NCBI GenBank assembly: GCA_965232515.1
Contig: CBDDPY010000002.1
Location: 5,728,001-5,792,000, forward strand
Reading direction: 5' to 3'
Source of the DNA: Alphaproteobacteria bacterium
GTDB lineage: Bacteria > Pseudomonadota > Alphaproteobacteria > GCA-2731375
DNA: 64,000 nucleotides
The first letter of the stretch is position 1. Each line of letters starts with the position of its first letter. Below the pieces are notes generated by a model. That model was not told the origin of the DNA. It saw only the letters and a program-made list of their open reading frames with translations, and made no database searches. Below are positions 10,778 through 23,359 of the stretch, piece by piece. A program made the position numbers and the translations under genes.

Positions 10778-11869
10778 CTACGGCAGCCGGTTGTAGCGCA
10801 AGAACGCCGAGACGCAGTGCTGGGTGAAGTCGATGCGCGTCGACGGGCGCTTGCGGCCGGCGACGAAGGCGCCGGTGAACCGGTCCAGCGCGGGCGAGGT
10901 CAGCGTGATGCCGTCGCCCAGATCGAGTCCGGTCTGGCCGGGCAGGATCTGAAAGCTCCGGACCTTGGTCATCTCGGCCTCGATCCGCGCCCGCAGGCGG
11001 GGCTTCAGCTCATCGTCCGGCGCCACCAGCGTCAGCGCCGGGATCAACCCCTCCAACGCATAGCAGGTGTTGGCGTGGGGCTTCACCTGTGGCCGCATCT
11101 CGTCGATGTAATGCCGGGCCTGGGCCGTGGCGAATTCGGCGAAGCGCGGGTCCTTGGTCGCCGCGTAGCGTTTCGCCGACGCTGTCGCGCCCCAATGGAA
11201 GAAGCCGATATGCGGCGACGCGCCATAGGCCGCCATCATGTAGTCGTCGACCTGCGGCAGGACGGCCGCGACGTCGGGATCGGCGAAAGTCTGCGCATGG
11301 AACGCCAGCGCCAGCCAGATCTCGCCGTTGTAGTAGTGCGATTCCTTCTCCGACAGCGGTCCCCGCCGAAAACCCGCGCCGGGTTGGTAGAGCGACAACA
11401 GGCCGCGCAGCCAGTCGCCGCGCGCTGGCTCGAAGCGGCCATCGCCGCTGGTGCGGTAGTAGTAGAGCTCGGCCAGGAGGGTCAGCGCCGTGGTGCCGCC
11501 CTTTACGCCGTTCAGCTTGCCGTTGCGCGAGACCAGCCTGCCGCGGCCGTACTCTATCGACAGCAGCGACAGGGCGTTGAGCGCCCGGCGCAACGGTTCG
11601 CGCAGATCGGGATCGTGGCTGTCGGCATAATACTCGCCCAGCGCAAAGGCCGCGCCGGCCTGGCGCACGATATTGTTCTCGCCGGTCGCGCCGTTGCGCA
11701 CGAAATCGAAATCGTAAGCGAACAGGCCGTCCTCGCGCTGGGCCGCCAGCATATGGTCGATGGCCAGCGCCACCGGCGTGCCGGTCGATGGAGACGGCTG
11801 CGCCGCCTGGCCGGCGCCGGCAAGCGGCGCCAGACAGGCGAGCAGCAGGGGCAGTAGGCGGCCGATCAT
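10778..11869 (-). CDS. Secreted hypothetical protein, probable alpha/alpha-toroid fold
   Basis: N-terminal signal peptide, helical repeats, motifs NIVRQAGAAFAL, YYNGEIWLAL and RIDFTQHCVSA. Confidence 0.6.
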   Translation of the reverse strand: MIGRLLPLLLACLAPLAGAGQAAQPSPSTGTPVALAIDHMLAAQREDGLFAYDFDFVRNGATGENNIVRQAGAAFALGEYYADSHDPDLREPLRRALNALSLLSIEYGRGRLVSRNGKLNGVKGGTTALTLLAELYYYRTSGDGRFEPARGDWLRGLLSLYQPGAGFRRGPLSEKESHYYNGEIWLALAFHAQTFADPDVAAVLPQVDDYMMAAYGASPHIGFFHWGATASAKRYAATKDPRFAEFATAQARHYIDEMRPQVKPHANTCYALEGLIPALTLVAPDDELKPRLRARIEAEMTKVRSFQILPGQTGLDLGDGITLTSPALDRFTGAFVAGRKRPSTRIDFTQHCVSAFLRYNRLP

Positions 11870-11873
11870 TGCG

Positions 11874-12632
11874 TCAGGACCGGACCCGGTATTTCGCCAA
11901 CTCTTTCACCTCGCGCCGTCCGTCGCTCGCATACTGGGTGTCGCGGCGGACATAATGACCGATCCGCGGGGCGTAATACCAGGTTTCCGTCGACACGATC
12001 CGGCTGGCGCGTGCGTTGTAGCGCACGCAGCGGATGCGGTAGGTGGCGAAAGTGCCGGCTTTCACCGAGACCTTTTCCGAACCGTCGACGTTGCATTCGT
12101 ATTTCCGCATGGACGCGTCAACCTCGCCGCTGTCCTTTTGCGTCATCCGTCGTTCGGCGCGCAGCCGCGCGTTGTTGCCGATCTCCAGCGGCCACAGCGC
12201 ATCCTGGTTGCCCCAAACGCGGTGTTGGCCGGTGCGGCTCTTCGTCTCCCAGGCCAGGCGCGGGACGACAAAGTTGCGGTCGCGGGTGAAGCGGCGGCCG
12301 TTCTCGCGCTCGAACGTAACCTCGCTGCCGTTCACGGCGACCACGCGCTCGACGCGACCGTTGGCATAGGTAAAGGTCTCGCCGCGCTTGTAGGTCGGCA
12401 TCGGCGCGTTCGTCCATTTGCCCATCGGATAGTCCGGCTTCTTCTCGCCGCCGAGTGCCGGCAGACCCTGGCTCACGCGCTCCGGAATGGCGCTGATCTT
12501 GTCGGACAGCCGGCTGAAGTCGTCGCTGAAATCCTCCTTGACGGTCTGGCAGGCGCCCAGCGCCAGCGCCGCGGCGGCGATCAGCACCACCTTGGCCGCG
12601 TTCCGCGGGCGGGTCTGGTTCGGTCGGATCAT
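11874..12632 (-). CDS. Hypothetical lipoprotein
   Basis: Lipobox LGAC after a hydrophobic stretch; beta-rich C-terminus with V.V.AGTF.T and WYYAP.IG motifs; 4 bp from the next gene. Confidence 0.7.
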   Translation of the reverse strand: MIRPNQTRPRNAAKVVLIAAAALALGACQTVKEDFSDDFSRLSDKISAIPERVSQGLPALGGEKKPDYPMGKWTNAPMPTYKRGETFTYANGRVERVVAVNGSEVTFERENGRRFTRDRNFVVPRLAWETKSRTGQHRVWGNQDALWPLEIGNNARLRAERRMTQKDSGEVDASMRKYECNVDGSEKVSVKAGTFATYRIRCVRYNARASRIVSTETWYYAPRIGHYVRRDTQYASDGRREVKELAKYRVRS

Positions 12633-12815
12633 GGTCGGGTCCTTTCGGATCGAGGTTGTTCACATCGTTGCCTCGACAACGGCCCGCGCCTCGGTTTCTT
12701 CCCTGCCGTGTTGGAAAAATGTAGGTATCGTGTCCCGATATACGAGGATCCAAAACGCCAAATGCCCGCAAAGGTCGCGGGCATTTGGTTAACGTATTGA
12801 ATTTTAGACGATTTC

Positions 12816-12844
12816 GTCATTGCCGGGCTTGACCCGGCAATCCA
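12816..12844. repeat. REP-like palindrome (single copy)
   Basis: GTCATTGCCGGGCTTGACCCGGCAATCCA, identical to the copies at 36549 and 39795. Confidence 0.85.
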
Positions 12845-12883
12845 GGTCTGTCCCCGACACGTCGAAAGCAGCGCCGAGGCCGG

Positions 12884-13651
12884 CTATTTCCAGCCGCCCG
12901 CCAGCGCCGCCGCCTCGGCCTCGGCGTCGAGCGGCATGTCGGCCATCAGCTCGTCGATAAAGGTCTCCAGGCTTTCCATGCCCCCGCTCGCCGGCTGGAA
13001 GTTGCCGCCGCTGGAGGCCTGGGCGGCAATGGCGAACTGTGCCTGCCATTGCCCGTCGCCGCGGCAGGCGATGCCGATGCTGCCCTGGCTGCCCGTGGAT
13101 CCGCTCGCCTGGAACTCGCGGCAGAACCGGCCGTCGGTGTCGCGGAATGTCAGCAACGGCGTGATCGCGCCGCCGTCCCAGGCCAGGGCCTGACCGCTCG
13201 GCGTGCCCTCGAGCGCCGCATGCAGCCGCGATTCCGTCGAAATGCCGCCGAGCAGCATGCCCGAATCTTCCGGCGTCACGGTCTGGCTCGACAGCGTCCA
13301 GCCACCGGCGATGCCGACGGCCAGCGCGATCGACGCCGCCAGCGGCAGAGCGAAGCGGCGAACCGGTCCGGCCGTGCGCGCGGCGCGCCGGGCGGCGAAG
13401 TCGACGACATCGCCCGACGCCGCCGGTTCTGCGCTCTGGTCATCGAACGGCGCCAGCAGGTGCGGCGGAACTTGCTCATCCATCGGTGCGGCGAAGGCGT
13501 CCTGGGCAAGTCTCGTGGACTCTCGGAACATCCGGACCGTCTCGCTGGCCGCGGGATCGTTGGCCAGCATGGCCTCGACCTCGGACGCCGTCGCGGCGTC
13601 AAGTTCGCCGTCGACATAGGCCATCAGCGTTTCGTCGTTAAGCAGCACCAT
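12884..13651 (-). CDS. Membrane-bound anti-sigma factor
   Basis: LMAYVDGEL N-terminus, single TM helix (ALPLAASIALAVG), periplasmic TFRD.DGRFCREF..GIACR domain; overlaps the sigma gene end. Confidence 0.85.
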   Translation of the reverse strand: MVLLNDETLMAYVDGELDAATASEVEAMLANDPAASETVRMFRESTRLAQDAFAAPMDEQVPPHLLAPFDDQSAEPAASGDVVDFAARRAARTAGPVRRFALPLAASIALAVGIAGGWTLSSQTVTPEDSGMLLGGISTESRLHAALEGTPSGQALAWDGGAITPLLTFRDTDGRFCREFQASGSTGSQGSIGIACRGDGQWQAQFAIAAQASSGGNFQPASGGMESLETFIDELMADMPLDAEAEAAALAGGWK

Positions 13652-14177
13652 TGCCGATCTCCGTTATTGTCGTGGCGGCCGTCGCCTCGCTGCCGTAGGC
13701 AGCCTCGTACAGCCGGCGCCGGGCCCGAGCGAGACGGCTGGTCACCGTGCCCATAGGCAGGCCCAGCGTCTCGGCCGTTTCCTTGTAGGAACGGCCATCG
13801 ATGGAGACCATGGTCAGCACGATCCGCTGATCCTCCGGCAGATCGGCCATGGCGCGGCGCACCTTGTCCAGCGTCAGGCGTGATTCCACCGTCCGCCGCC
13901 CGTCGTCGCCGGCGATATGCGTGGCGGCGTCCAGGTCGGACTGATGTCCCCTGACTTTCTGGGCCCTCAGCCGGTCGATCCGGATCGTCTGAATGATGCG
14001 GAACATCCAGCTGTCGAGCCGTGTGCCTTCCTGCCACTGATCGAGGCGGGCGAGCGCACGTTCGCAGGCGGCTTGCACCAGATCGTCTCCTTCGTCGATC
14101 GATCCCGTTAAGGAATAAGCGAACCGGCGCAATCGTGGAAGTAGCGCAACCATTTGCTGTTTCGTGTGATCTGACAC
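13638..14177 (-). CDS. ECF sigma factor
   Basis: LPRLRRFAYSL, DDLVQ, SWMFRI (region 2); SYKETAETLGLPMGTVTSRLAR (region 4). Confidence 0.92.
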   Translation of the reverse strand: MSDHTKQQMVALLPRLRRFAYSLTGSIDEGDDLVQAACERALARLDQWQEGTRLDSWMFRIIQTIRIDRLRAQKVRGHQSDLDAATHIAGDDGRRTVESRLTLDKVRRAMADLPEDQRIVLTMVSIDGRSYKETAETLGLPMGTVTSRLARARRRLYEAAYGSEATAATTITEIGNGAA

Positions 14178-14205
14178 CGGTCCTCATCCCTTCGCGCACC
14201 ACAAC

Positions 14206-14230
14206 AACGGATTGGTCCACGACTTCTTCC
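14206..14230 (-). promoter_or_regulatory. Putative ECF-type promoter of the sigma/anti-sigma operon
   Basis: Minus strand reads GGAAGAA-GTC-GTGGA-CCAAT-CCGTT. Confidence 0.7.
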
Positions 14231-14320
14231 CGCCGGAATCAAAAAAACTTTTCCGGGCCGGATCTCGCGCCCGCAAGATCCGGGGTAATCGGGACTTGTG
14301 CCAATAATTTTTTGGCGCCC

Positions 14321-14345
14321 GGAAGAAACTGTGGATAGCGCCGTT
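14321..14345 (+). promoter_or_regulatory. Putative ECF-type promoter of the subtilase gene
   Basis: GGAAGAA-ACT-GTGGA-TAGCG-CCGTT, same pattern and spacing as the divergent copy. Confidence 0.7.
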
Positions 14346-14407
14346 ATATTTAGCAGTGTGGCGGCCTGACAGTGAAGCTGCTCACCCGATGACGGGCTGA
14401 ATTAACC

Positions 14408-15903
<1,496 letters not shown>

Positions 15904-15907
<4 letters not shown>

Positions 15908-18900
15908 AACAGTTCGAGCTGATTGTCCGCGGCCGGTTTGCGGCGGGCCTTTGTTTTGGTGTGCTCCAGCAATTCGGCCTCGATGTCGAGTAGGAACGGC
16001 GAGAGGGCCAGGTTCTGGACGCGGCCGCGCCACTGCCGTTGCTCCGCCCGGCTCAGCAGCAGCCGGTCCTGCGCCCGGGTCATGCCGACATAGAACAGCC
16101 GCCGTTCTTCAGCCAATGCCGCGGCGTCGGGCCGGCCCCAGTAGAGCGGCAGCACGCCGTCCTCAAGCCCGGTGATGAAGACCACCGGGAACTCCAGGCC
16201 CTTGGCGGCGTGCAGCGTGAGCAGCGAGATCCTATCGGCGCGCGGGTCCCAGAGATCGGCCTCGGTGGCGAGCGCCACGGCTTCGGCGAAGCGTTCCGGA
16301 TCGCCATCGCAGGTTTCCGCCAGCGCTTTGAGCTGTTGCAGCGCCGTGTCGGCGTCGTCAAGACCGGCGGCCGCTTGCTCCAGCTTGCGCGCCAGCGACG
16401 GCGCGTCGACCTCGTCGAGCCGGTGCAGCAGCGCTTGCACCGCTGGCCGCTCGACCAGACGGTCGTGGCCATGCTTCTGGTAGGGCATGCCCGAGCGCGC
16501 CAGCGCCTCGACCAGCACGTCCGCCTGGGCATCCGTGCGGTACAGCACCGCGAAGTCGGCGAAGGACAGGTCGGCGGCCATGCCGTCCGAGGTGCGGCCG
16601 CTGTCGATCGAGAAGAAGCTGTGGCCGCCGATCATCTGCTCGATGCTGTGCACGACGAACTCGGCCTCGGCCCGTTCGCTGCGCGTGGTGTGGATGGTGA
16701 TGTGGTCGGCCATCTCGCGCACCGCCTCCGAGACCGGCGATATCTCATTGGCCGTGGCGATGATCTGGGCCGAGGCCGTGACGATAGTGCCGCTGGAGCG
16801 GTAGTTGCGCGTCAGGTGAACGGTGCGGGCGGCCGGATAGTCGGTCGCGAAGCGCCGGAAGCAGCTGGCGTCGGCGCCCCGGAAACCGTAGATCGCCTGG
16901 TTCGGATCGCCGATGACGCAGAGGTTCGCCTCCGCCGGCGCCAGCAGCTTGATCAGGCGGTATTGCTGTTCGTCCACGTCCTGGAACTCGTCGACCGAGA
17001 TCCAGCGATAGCGGTCGCAATACTGCGCCGCCAGGCCCGGATCGGCTTTGAGCGTCCGCAACGCCACGCCCACGAGATCGTCGAAGTCGAGCCAGTTGCG
17101 CACCGACATGGCCTCGGCATAGGCCGCCATCGCCGCCGCCACATCGTCATCCGCCACGGCCTGCGTGCGTTTCGCCGTCGAGATCGCCCGCAGCAGCGAT
17201 GCGGCCTTGCGCTCCGACACCTCTAGGCTTTCGGCCAGCAGCGTCCGCCGTTCGTCGTCGTCGGCGATCCGGAAGCCACGGTGCAGCCCGGCGGCGTTTG
17301 TCTGCTCGCGCAGGATCGACAGCCCCAGCGAATGGAACGTGTGCACCGGCAGGCGCGCGCCGTCGGCCGGCAACAGGTCCGCCAGCCGTTCGGTCATCTC
17401 CGCCGCCGCCCGGCGCGTGAAGGTGATCGCCAGGCACTGCGCCGCCGGCACGCCGTGTTCGGCGATCAGGTGAGCGATACGCCGGGTCAGCGTGCGGGTC
17501 TTGCCCGAGCCCGGTCCGGCCGCGATCAACAACGGGCCGTGCACGATCTCGGCGGCCGCGCGCTGATCCGCGTCCAGCCCGGCCAACAAGCCGGTATCGG
17601 TCGCGATGGGTGTCGGCTCGGGCGTCGGTTCCGGTGTTGGCGCTTTCGGCAGGGGCTCGGGCGTCGCCGGCGCCGGCTTGTCGAACAGCGACTCCGGCAG
17701 ATCGAACAACAGGCCGCCGGCCGTATGCCGGCGCAGCTCGGCTTTGTCGAACAAACGGATCACGCCGTATTCACCGTCATAGCCGGCATCGCGGATCACC
17801 TTGCCCGCGCGCAACCGGGTGATGGCTTCGGCCAGCAGTGACGAATCGGCCCGGGCAATGTCCTCGACCGGCACGGTTTCCAAGAGCGGCAGTTCCGCCC
17901 CCAACCGGCCCAGCAGCCGCTCGTAGCTGCGGCCGACTTTCTGGCTGTTCGGTCCGGCGCCGACGATCTCGGACAGGATCTCCGGCAGCGGCACCAGGCT
18001 CGCGACGTCGCCCGCCGTCGCCGGCGGCGGCGCCTCGGCTTCGCTACGGTCAGCCAGGGCGTCGACCCGGTGCATGACGCCCACCGTCACCGGCTGGCCG
18101 CAGACGGGACAGCGGCCGTCGTTCGCCTTGGTCTCCTCGGGCGTCAGGCGGATGCCGCATTTGCGGTGGCCGTCCATGTGGTACTTGCCTTCCTCGGGGA
18201 AGAACTCGACGGTGCCGACATAGCCCTCGCCCGTCTCCAGCGCCCGGCGCAGCGCGAAGTAATCGAGGTCGGTGTCGAACAGCGTCGCCTCGCGGCCCAG
18301 CTTCGCCGGCGAATGCGCGTCCGAGTTCGAGACCAGGCGGTACTTGTCGAGGAACGAGATCCGCCAGTTCATCGCCGGGTCCGACGACAGCCCGGTCTCG
18401 ACCGCGAAGATGTGGTCGGCGAGATCGCCGTAGCATTCGGTGATCGAATCGAAGCCCGAACGCGAACCCAGCACCGCGAACCAGGGCGTCCAGATATGCG
18501 CCGGCACCAGATAGGCGTCCGGGCTCGAGGCAAGCGTGATCTCGAGCAGATGCCGCGAATCCAGGCCCAGGATCGGCCGTCCGTCCGATGCGATGTTGCC
18601 GATGCGCCCGAGCTGCGCCACCACCCGGTCGGCGGCCTCGAAGTCCGGCACGTAGATCAGGTGATGGATCTTCCGCGTCAGCTCGCCCTTCTTGTAGATC
18701 GTCGAGATCTCGACCGACAGCATGAACCGGGTCGGCCCCTGGCACGCCGCCGGCAGCCGCGCCGCCACCGCCTGTTCCAGATCCGGCCGCAGCCGGAACA
18801 GGCCCGGTTCGGCCGGCACCAGCTTTTCCTTCAGCTCGGCGAGCCAGACGGGATGCGTGAAGTCGCCGGTGGCGACGACGGCGATGCCCTTCTTGCGCGC

Positions 18901-18987
18901 CCAGTAGGCGAGGTTTTCCAGATCGCAGTTCTTGCTGGTGGCGCGGGAATGCTTCGAATGGATGTGCAGATCGGCGTGATAGCGCAT
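15904..18987 (-). CDS. PHP/endonuclease Q-like domain fused to a UvrD/PcrA-type SF1 helicase
   Basis: DLHIHS, TGDFTHP, PAHIWTPWF, NSDAHS and GKYH..GHRKC..CPVC; Pro/Thr linker; AGPGSGKT, DEFQD, GDPNQAIYGFRGA, TLHAAKGLEF and EERRLFYVGMTRA. Confidence 0.9.
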
Positions 18988-19119
18988 GCGCTGTCGTCCC
19001 AAGGCTCGGGCCAGAAGGCACCGTCCCCGGCGAATCGGTGCGCGTCGCCAATTATCGCATGCCGTGCATGGCGCGATGTGTCAGCCTTGTGGCAACGGCA
19101 CGGAGAAGGAGGTCCCGCC

Positions 19120-19599
19120 ATGGTGACACCCGTCGCATCCAGCCTGTCGCTGAGCGACGCCGCCCTCATTGTCGACGAGGTGCTGGCCGCGGCGCGCGCC
19201 GAGGCCATGCTGCCGCTCGCCGTCGCCGTGCTCGACGCCGGCGGTCATCTCGTGGCCTTCAAACGGGAGGACGGCTGCGGCATCCTGCGCGTCGACATTG
19301 CCTGCGGCAAGGCCTGGGGCGCCATCGGCATGGGCGTATCGGGCCGCCTGTTGCGCGAGCGCCTCGGCGACCGGCCGGCCTTCCAGAACGCGCTCGCCGC
19401 CGCCAGCGACGGCAGGTTCGTGCCCGTCCCGGGCGGCGTGCTGGTCCGCGACGCCGGCGGTCAGGTCATTGGCGCCGTCGGCATCAGCGGCGATACGTCG
19501 GACCGCGACGAATACTGCGCGATCGTCGGCATCCGCGCCGCCGGCTTGTCGCCCGATCCGGAGGAACCGGACCCCAACTGGCGCGGCTCCGGACTCTAA
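19120..19599 (+). CDS. GlcG/HbpS-family haem-binding protein
   Basis: AVAVLDAGGHLVAFKREDG, IACGKAWGA, GGVLVRD..IGAVGISG; AAGGAGG RBS. Confidence 0.88.
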   Translation: MVTPVASSLSLSDAALIVDEVLAAARAEAMLPLAVAVLDAGGHLVAFKREDGCGILRVDIACGKAWGAIGMGVSGRLLRERLGDRPAFQNALAAASDGRFVPVPGGVLVRDAGGQVIGAVGISGDTSDRDEYCAIVGIRAAGLSPDPEEPDPNWRGSGL

Positions 19600-19603
19600 C
19601 CAG

Positions 19604-19726
19604 CCCTCATCCTCCCACGAACTGGCGTCCGCGGGTCCCTCCCTCTCCCGTAAACGGGAGAGGTGCCGACAAACCGCAGCGGTGACAGCCCCCTCTCCCG
19701 CTTGCGGGAGAGGGAAGGGGTGAGGG
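19604..19726. repeat. Palindromic intergenic repeat of the CCCTCTCCC..GGGAGAGGG type
   Basis: Two hairpins, CCTCTCCCGTAAACGGGAGAGG and CCCTCTCCCGCTTGCGGGAGAGGG, bracketed by CCCTCA..TGAGGG, between convergent genes. Confidence 0.75.
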
Positions 19727-19755
19727 CAGCGGAATTCGAGATTGAAAATGTGTGC

Positions 19756-21411
19756 CTACTTGGCATCCCCCCGACGCAAGGCCGCGATCGCGTTCGCCAG
19801 CCCGTTCGTCGAACAATCATGACCGCCGACCTCCGCGCCCGCCTGCAACTCCGCCAGCAGTGGCGCGGCGAGCTGCTTGCCCAGCTCCACCCCCCACTGG
19901 TCGAACGAGTTCACGCCCCAGACCGCGCCCTGCACGAAGATCTTGTGCTCGTAGAGCGCCACCAGCGCGCCGAGCACTTCCGGCGTCAGCTTGGCGGAGA
20001 GAATGGAGTTGCTCGGCCGGTTGCCGGGAAACACCTTGTGCGGCAGCAACGCCTCCATCGCCGCGCCGCTCAGGCCCTGGGCCGCAAGCTCGGCCCGGGC
20101 CTCGTCGGCCGTCTTACCGCGCATCAGCGCCTCGGTCTGGGCCAGGAAGTTCGCCAGCAGCTTGTCGTCGTGATCGCGCCAGGGCGTGTGGCTTGTCGCC
20201 GCGGCGATGAAATCCGTCGGCACGAATTCACTGCCCTGGTGCAGCAGCTGGAAGAACGCGTGCTGACCGTTGGTGCCGGGCTCGCCCCAGATCACAGGCG
20301 CCGTGGCGTAATCGACCGGCCGGCCGTCGCGGGTCACGAACTTGCCGTTGCTCTCCATATCGGCCTGCTGCAGGTGCGCCGACAGGCGGTGCAGATGCTG
20401 GTCGTAGGGCAGCACCGCATGGCTCGCGGCGTGAAAGAAGTTCCGGTACCAGATCCCCAGCAGCCCAAGGATCATCGGCATGTTCTTCTCCGCCGGCGCG
20501 GTACGGAAATGTTCGTCCATGGCGTACGCGCCCGCCAGCAATTTCTCGAACCGGTCCATGCCGACGGCGACCGTGATCGGCAGGCCGATCGCCGACCACA
20601 GCGAATAGCGGCCGCCGACCCAGTCCCAGAACACGAACATGTTGGCCGGATCGATGCCGAAGGCCGCGACCGCGTCCGGGTTCGCCGACAGCGCGACGAA
20701 ATGCTTCGCCACGGCCGCCTCGTCGCCAAGATGCTCGACCAGCCAGGCCCGCGCGCTGCCGGCGTTGGTCATGGTCTCCTGCGTCGTGAAGGTCTTGGAG
20801 GCGACGATGAACAGCGTCCGCGCCGGATCGAGCCCCTGCAGCCGGTCGTAGAGATCGGCGCCGTCCACATTGGCGACGAAATGCACCCGAAGATCAGACC
20901 GCTGATAGGGCTTCAGCGCCTCCACCACCATGCGCGGCCCCAGGTCGGAGCCGCCGATACCGATATTGACCACGTCCGTGATCGTCTCGCCGGTATGGCC
21001 GCGCCAGCTGCCGTCGCGCACCGCCGTGCTGAAGCCCCGCATCTGCGCCAGCACGGCGTTCACCGCGGGCATCACATCGGCGCCGTCGACCAGAATCGGC
21101 CGGTTCGAGCGGTTGCGCAGCGCCACGTGCAGGACCGCCCGGTCCTCGCTGCTGTTGATCCGTTCGCCCGCGAACATGGCGTCGCGCCGTCCCGCCACGT
21201 CGGCCGCGTCGGCGAGCCGCAACAGCAGCGGCAGCGTCGCATCGGTGATGCGGTTCTTCGAATAGTCCAGCAGCAGCCCGGCCGCCGACAGCGAGAAGCG
21301 CGGGAACCGGTCCGGCTCGGCCGCGAACAGGTCGCGCATGTGCAGCGGCGCGACCTCGGCCTGATGCGCTTCCAGATCTTTCCAAGCCGACGAATTGGTC
21401 AGGTCCGACAT
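19756..21411 (-). CDS. pgi: Glucose-6-phosphate isomerase
   Basis: [42 protein letters not shown]. Confidence 0.97.
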   Translation of the reverse strand: MSDLTNSSAWKDLEAHQAEVAPLHMRDLFAAEPDRFPRFSLSAAGLLLDYSKNRITDATLPLLLRLADAADVAGRRDAMFAGERINSSEDRAVLHVALRNRSNRPILVDGADVMPAVNAVLAQMRGFSTAVRDGSWRGHTGETITDVVNIGIGGSDLGPRMVVEALKPYQRSDLRVHFVANVDGADLYDRLQGLDPARTLFIVASKTFTTQETMTNAGSARAWLVEHLGDEAAVAKHFVALSANPDAVAAFGIDPANMFVFWDWVGGRYSLWSAIGLPITVAVGMDRFEKLLAGAYAMDEHFRTAPAEKNMPMILGLLGIWYRNFFHAASHAVLPYDQHLHRLSAHLQQADMESNGKFVTRDGRPVDYATAPVIWGEPGTNGQHAFFQLLHQGSEFVPTDFIAAATSHTPWRDHDDKLLANFLAQTEALMRGKTADEARAELAAQGLSGAAMEALLPHKVFPGNRPSNSILSAKLTPEVLGALVALYEHKIFVQGAVWGVNSFDQWGVELGKQLAAPLLAELQAGAEVGGHDCSTNGLANAIAALRRGDAK

Positions 21412-21423
21412 GCAAGCATTCCT

Positions 21424-23283
21424 TTACGCGACAGGAGCGGGCACGGCGGTTGACGTTGCCGGCAGCGCGCCCAGCACCGAGGCGCCGTCCTCGGCCCGGC
21501 CGACCTGCGCCCGTAGGCCGGCGAACAGTTCGCGCCCCAGCCCGGCGGCATAGCGGTCGAGATCGCCGACAACGGCCGACCGCCCGGCCCAGTCGGCGGC
21601 GTCGATCAAGGCCTCCAGCCGGCCGGCCTCGGCGTCGAGGCGCAGCATGTCGCCGTCGCGCAGCTTCGCCAGCGGCCCGCCCTCGGCCGCTTCCGGCGTC
21701 ACGTGGATCGCCGCCGGCACCTTGCCCGAGGCGCCGGACATGCGGCCGTCGGTGACCAGCGCCACCTTCTGCCCGCGGTCCTGCAGCACGCCCAGCACCG
21801 GCGTCAGCTTGTGCAGCTCCGGCATGCCGTTCGCCTTCGGCCCCTGGAACCGCACCACGGCGACGAAATCGCCCTTCAGGTCGCCGCGCTGGAACGCGGC
21901 TTGTAGTGCACCCTGGTCGTCGAAGATGCGCGCGGGCGCCTCGACCAGCCGATGCTCCGGCTTCACGGCCGAGATCTTGATCACGCCGCGGCCGAGATTG
22001 CCGTCCAGCAGCTTCAGCCCGCCGTTGGTGCTGAACGGCCGCGCTGCCGTCGCCAGCACGTCCGCATCGCCGCTTTCCGTCGGCCCGTCGCGCCAGGTCA
22101 GCGCGCCGTCGCTCAGCACTGGTTCCTGCCGGTAGCGTGTCAGCCCGCCCGGTCCGGCGATTGTTCTGACGTCGGGATGCAGCAGACCGGCGTCCAGCAG
22201 TTCGCCGATCAGGAAGCCCATGCCGCCCGCTGCATGGAAATGATTCACATCGGCGAGACCGTTCGGATAGATCCGCGTCAGCAACGGCACCACGTCGGAC
22301 AGGTCAGCGAAATCGTCCCAGGTCAGCTGGATGCCGGCGGCGCGCGCCATGGCGATCAGGTGAATGGTGTGATTGGTCGAGCCGCCGGTCGCGTGCAGGC
22401 CGACAACGCCGTTGACCACGGCCCGCTCGTCGATCACCTCGCCGACCGGCGTGGGCGCGTCGCCGAGGCCCGAAATCTCGACGGCGCGCTTGGCGGCGGC
22501 TGCGGTCAGTGCGTCGCGCAACGGCGTGTCCGGATTGACGAATGACGTGCCCGGCAGGTGCAGGCCCATCACCTCCATCAGCATCTGGTTCGAGTTCGCC
22601 GTGCCGTAGAAGGTGCAGGTGCCGGGGCTGTGATAGGACTTCGCTTCCGCCGCCAGCAGCTCGTCACGCCCGACCTTGCCTTCGGCGAACAACTGCCGGA
22701 TGCGCGCCTTCTCGGCGTTCGGCAGGCCCGACGGCATCGGCCCCGCCGGCGCGAACACGGCCGGCAGGTGCCCGAAGCTCAGCGCCGCGATCAGCAGGCC
22801 CGGCACGATCTTGTCACAGACGCCGAGGTAAATCGCCGCGTCGAACATGTCGTGCGACAGCGCCACCGCGGTCGACAGCGCGATCACGTCGCGCGAGAAC
22901 AGCGACAGCTCCATGCCGGCCTGGCCTTGCGTGACGCCATCGCACATCGCCGGCACGCCGCCCGCCACCTGGGCGACGCCACCGGCCTCGCGCACGGCGT
23001 CCTTGATCAGTTGCGGAAAACGCTCGAACGGCTGATGCGCCGACAGCATGTCGTTATAGGCGGTGACGATGGCGACGTTGGGCTTGGTCTCGCCCGACAG
23101 CGCCGTCTTGTCGTCGAGGCCGCAGGCCGCGAAGCCGTGCGCCAGGTTGCCGCAGGACAGCGACGCCCGCTGCGGGCCGCGGCTGGCGGCGGCGCGGATG
23201 TGCGCGAGATAGCGCGCCCGTGTCTCCTGGCTGCGCGCGGCGATGCGTTCGGTTACGTCATGGATGCGTGGATTGAGGGTCAT
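21424..23283 (-). CDS. edd: 6-phosphogluconate dehydratase
   Basis: [54 protein letters not shown]. Confidence 0.96.
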   Translation of the reverse strand: MTLNPRIHDVTERIAARSQETRARYLAHIRAAASRGPQRASLSCGNLAHGFAACGLDDKTALSGETKPNVAIVTAYNDMLSAHQPFERFPQLIKDAVREAGGVAQVAGGVPAMCDGVTQGQAGMELSLFSRDVIALSTAVALSHDMFDAAIYLGVCDKIVPGLLIAALSFGHLPAVFAPAGPMPSGLPNAEKARIRQLFAEGKVGRDELLAAEAKSYHSPGTCTFYGTANSNQMLMEVMGLHLPGTSFVNPDTPLRDALTAAAAKRAVEISGLGDAPTPVGEVIDERAVVNGVVGLHATGGSTNHTIHLIAMARAAGIQLTWDDFADLSDVVPLLTRIYPNGLADVNHFHAAGGMGFLIGELLDAGLLHPDVRTIAGPGGLTRYRQEPVLSDGALTWRDGPTESGDADVLATAARPFSTNGGLKLLDGNLGRGVIKISAVKPEHRLVEAPARIFDDQGALQAAFQRGDLKGDFVAVVRFQGPKANGMPELHKLTPVLGVLQDRGQKVALVTDGRMSGASGKVPAAIHVTPEAAEGGPLAKLRDGDMLRLDAEAGRLEALIDAADWAGRSAVVGDLDRYAAGLGRELFAGLRAQVGRAEDGASVLGALPATSTAVPAPVA

Positions 23284-23359
23284 GGGCCGAGTCCCCGCTC
23301 GCAAGCCGTTCCTACCAAGCAAATGGTGCCCGTGTCGTTCGACGCAAGCCGTGCAGCCG

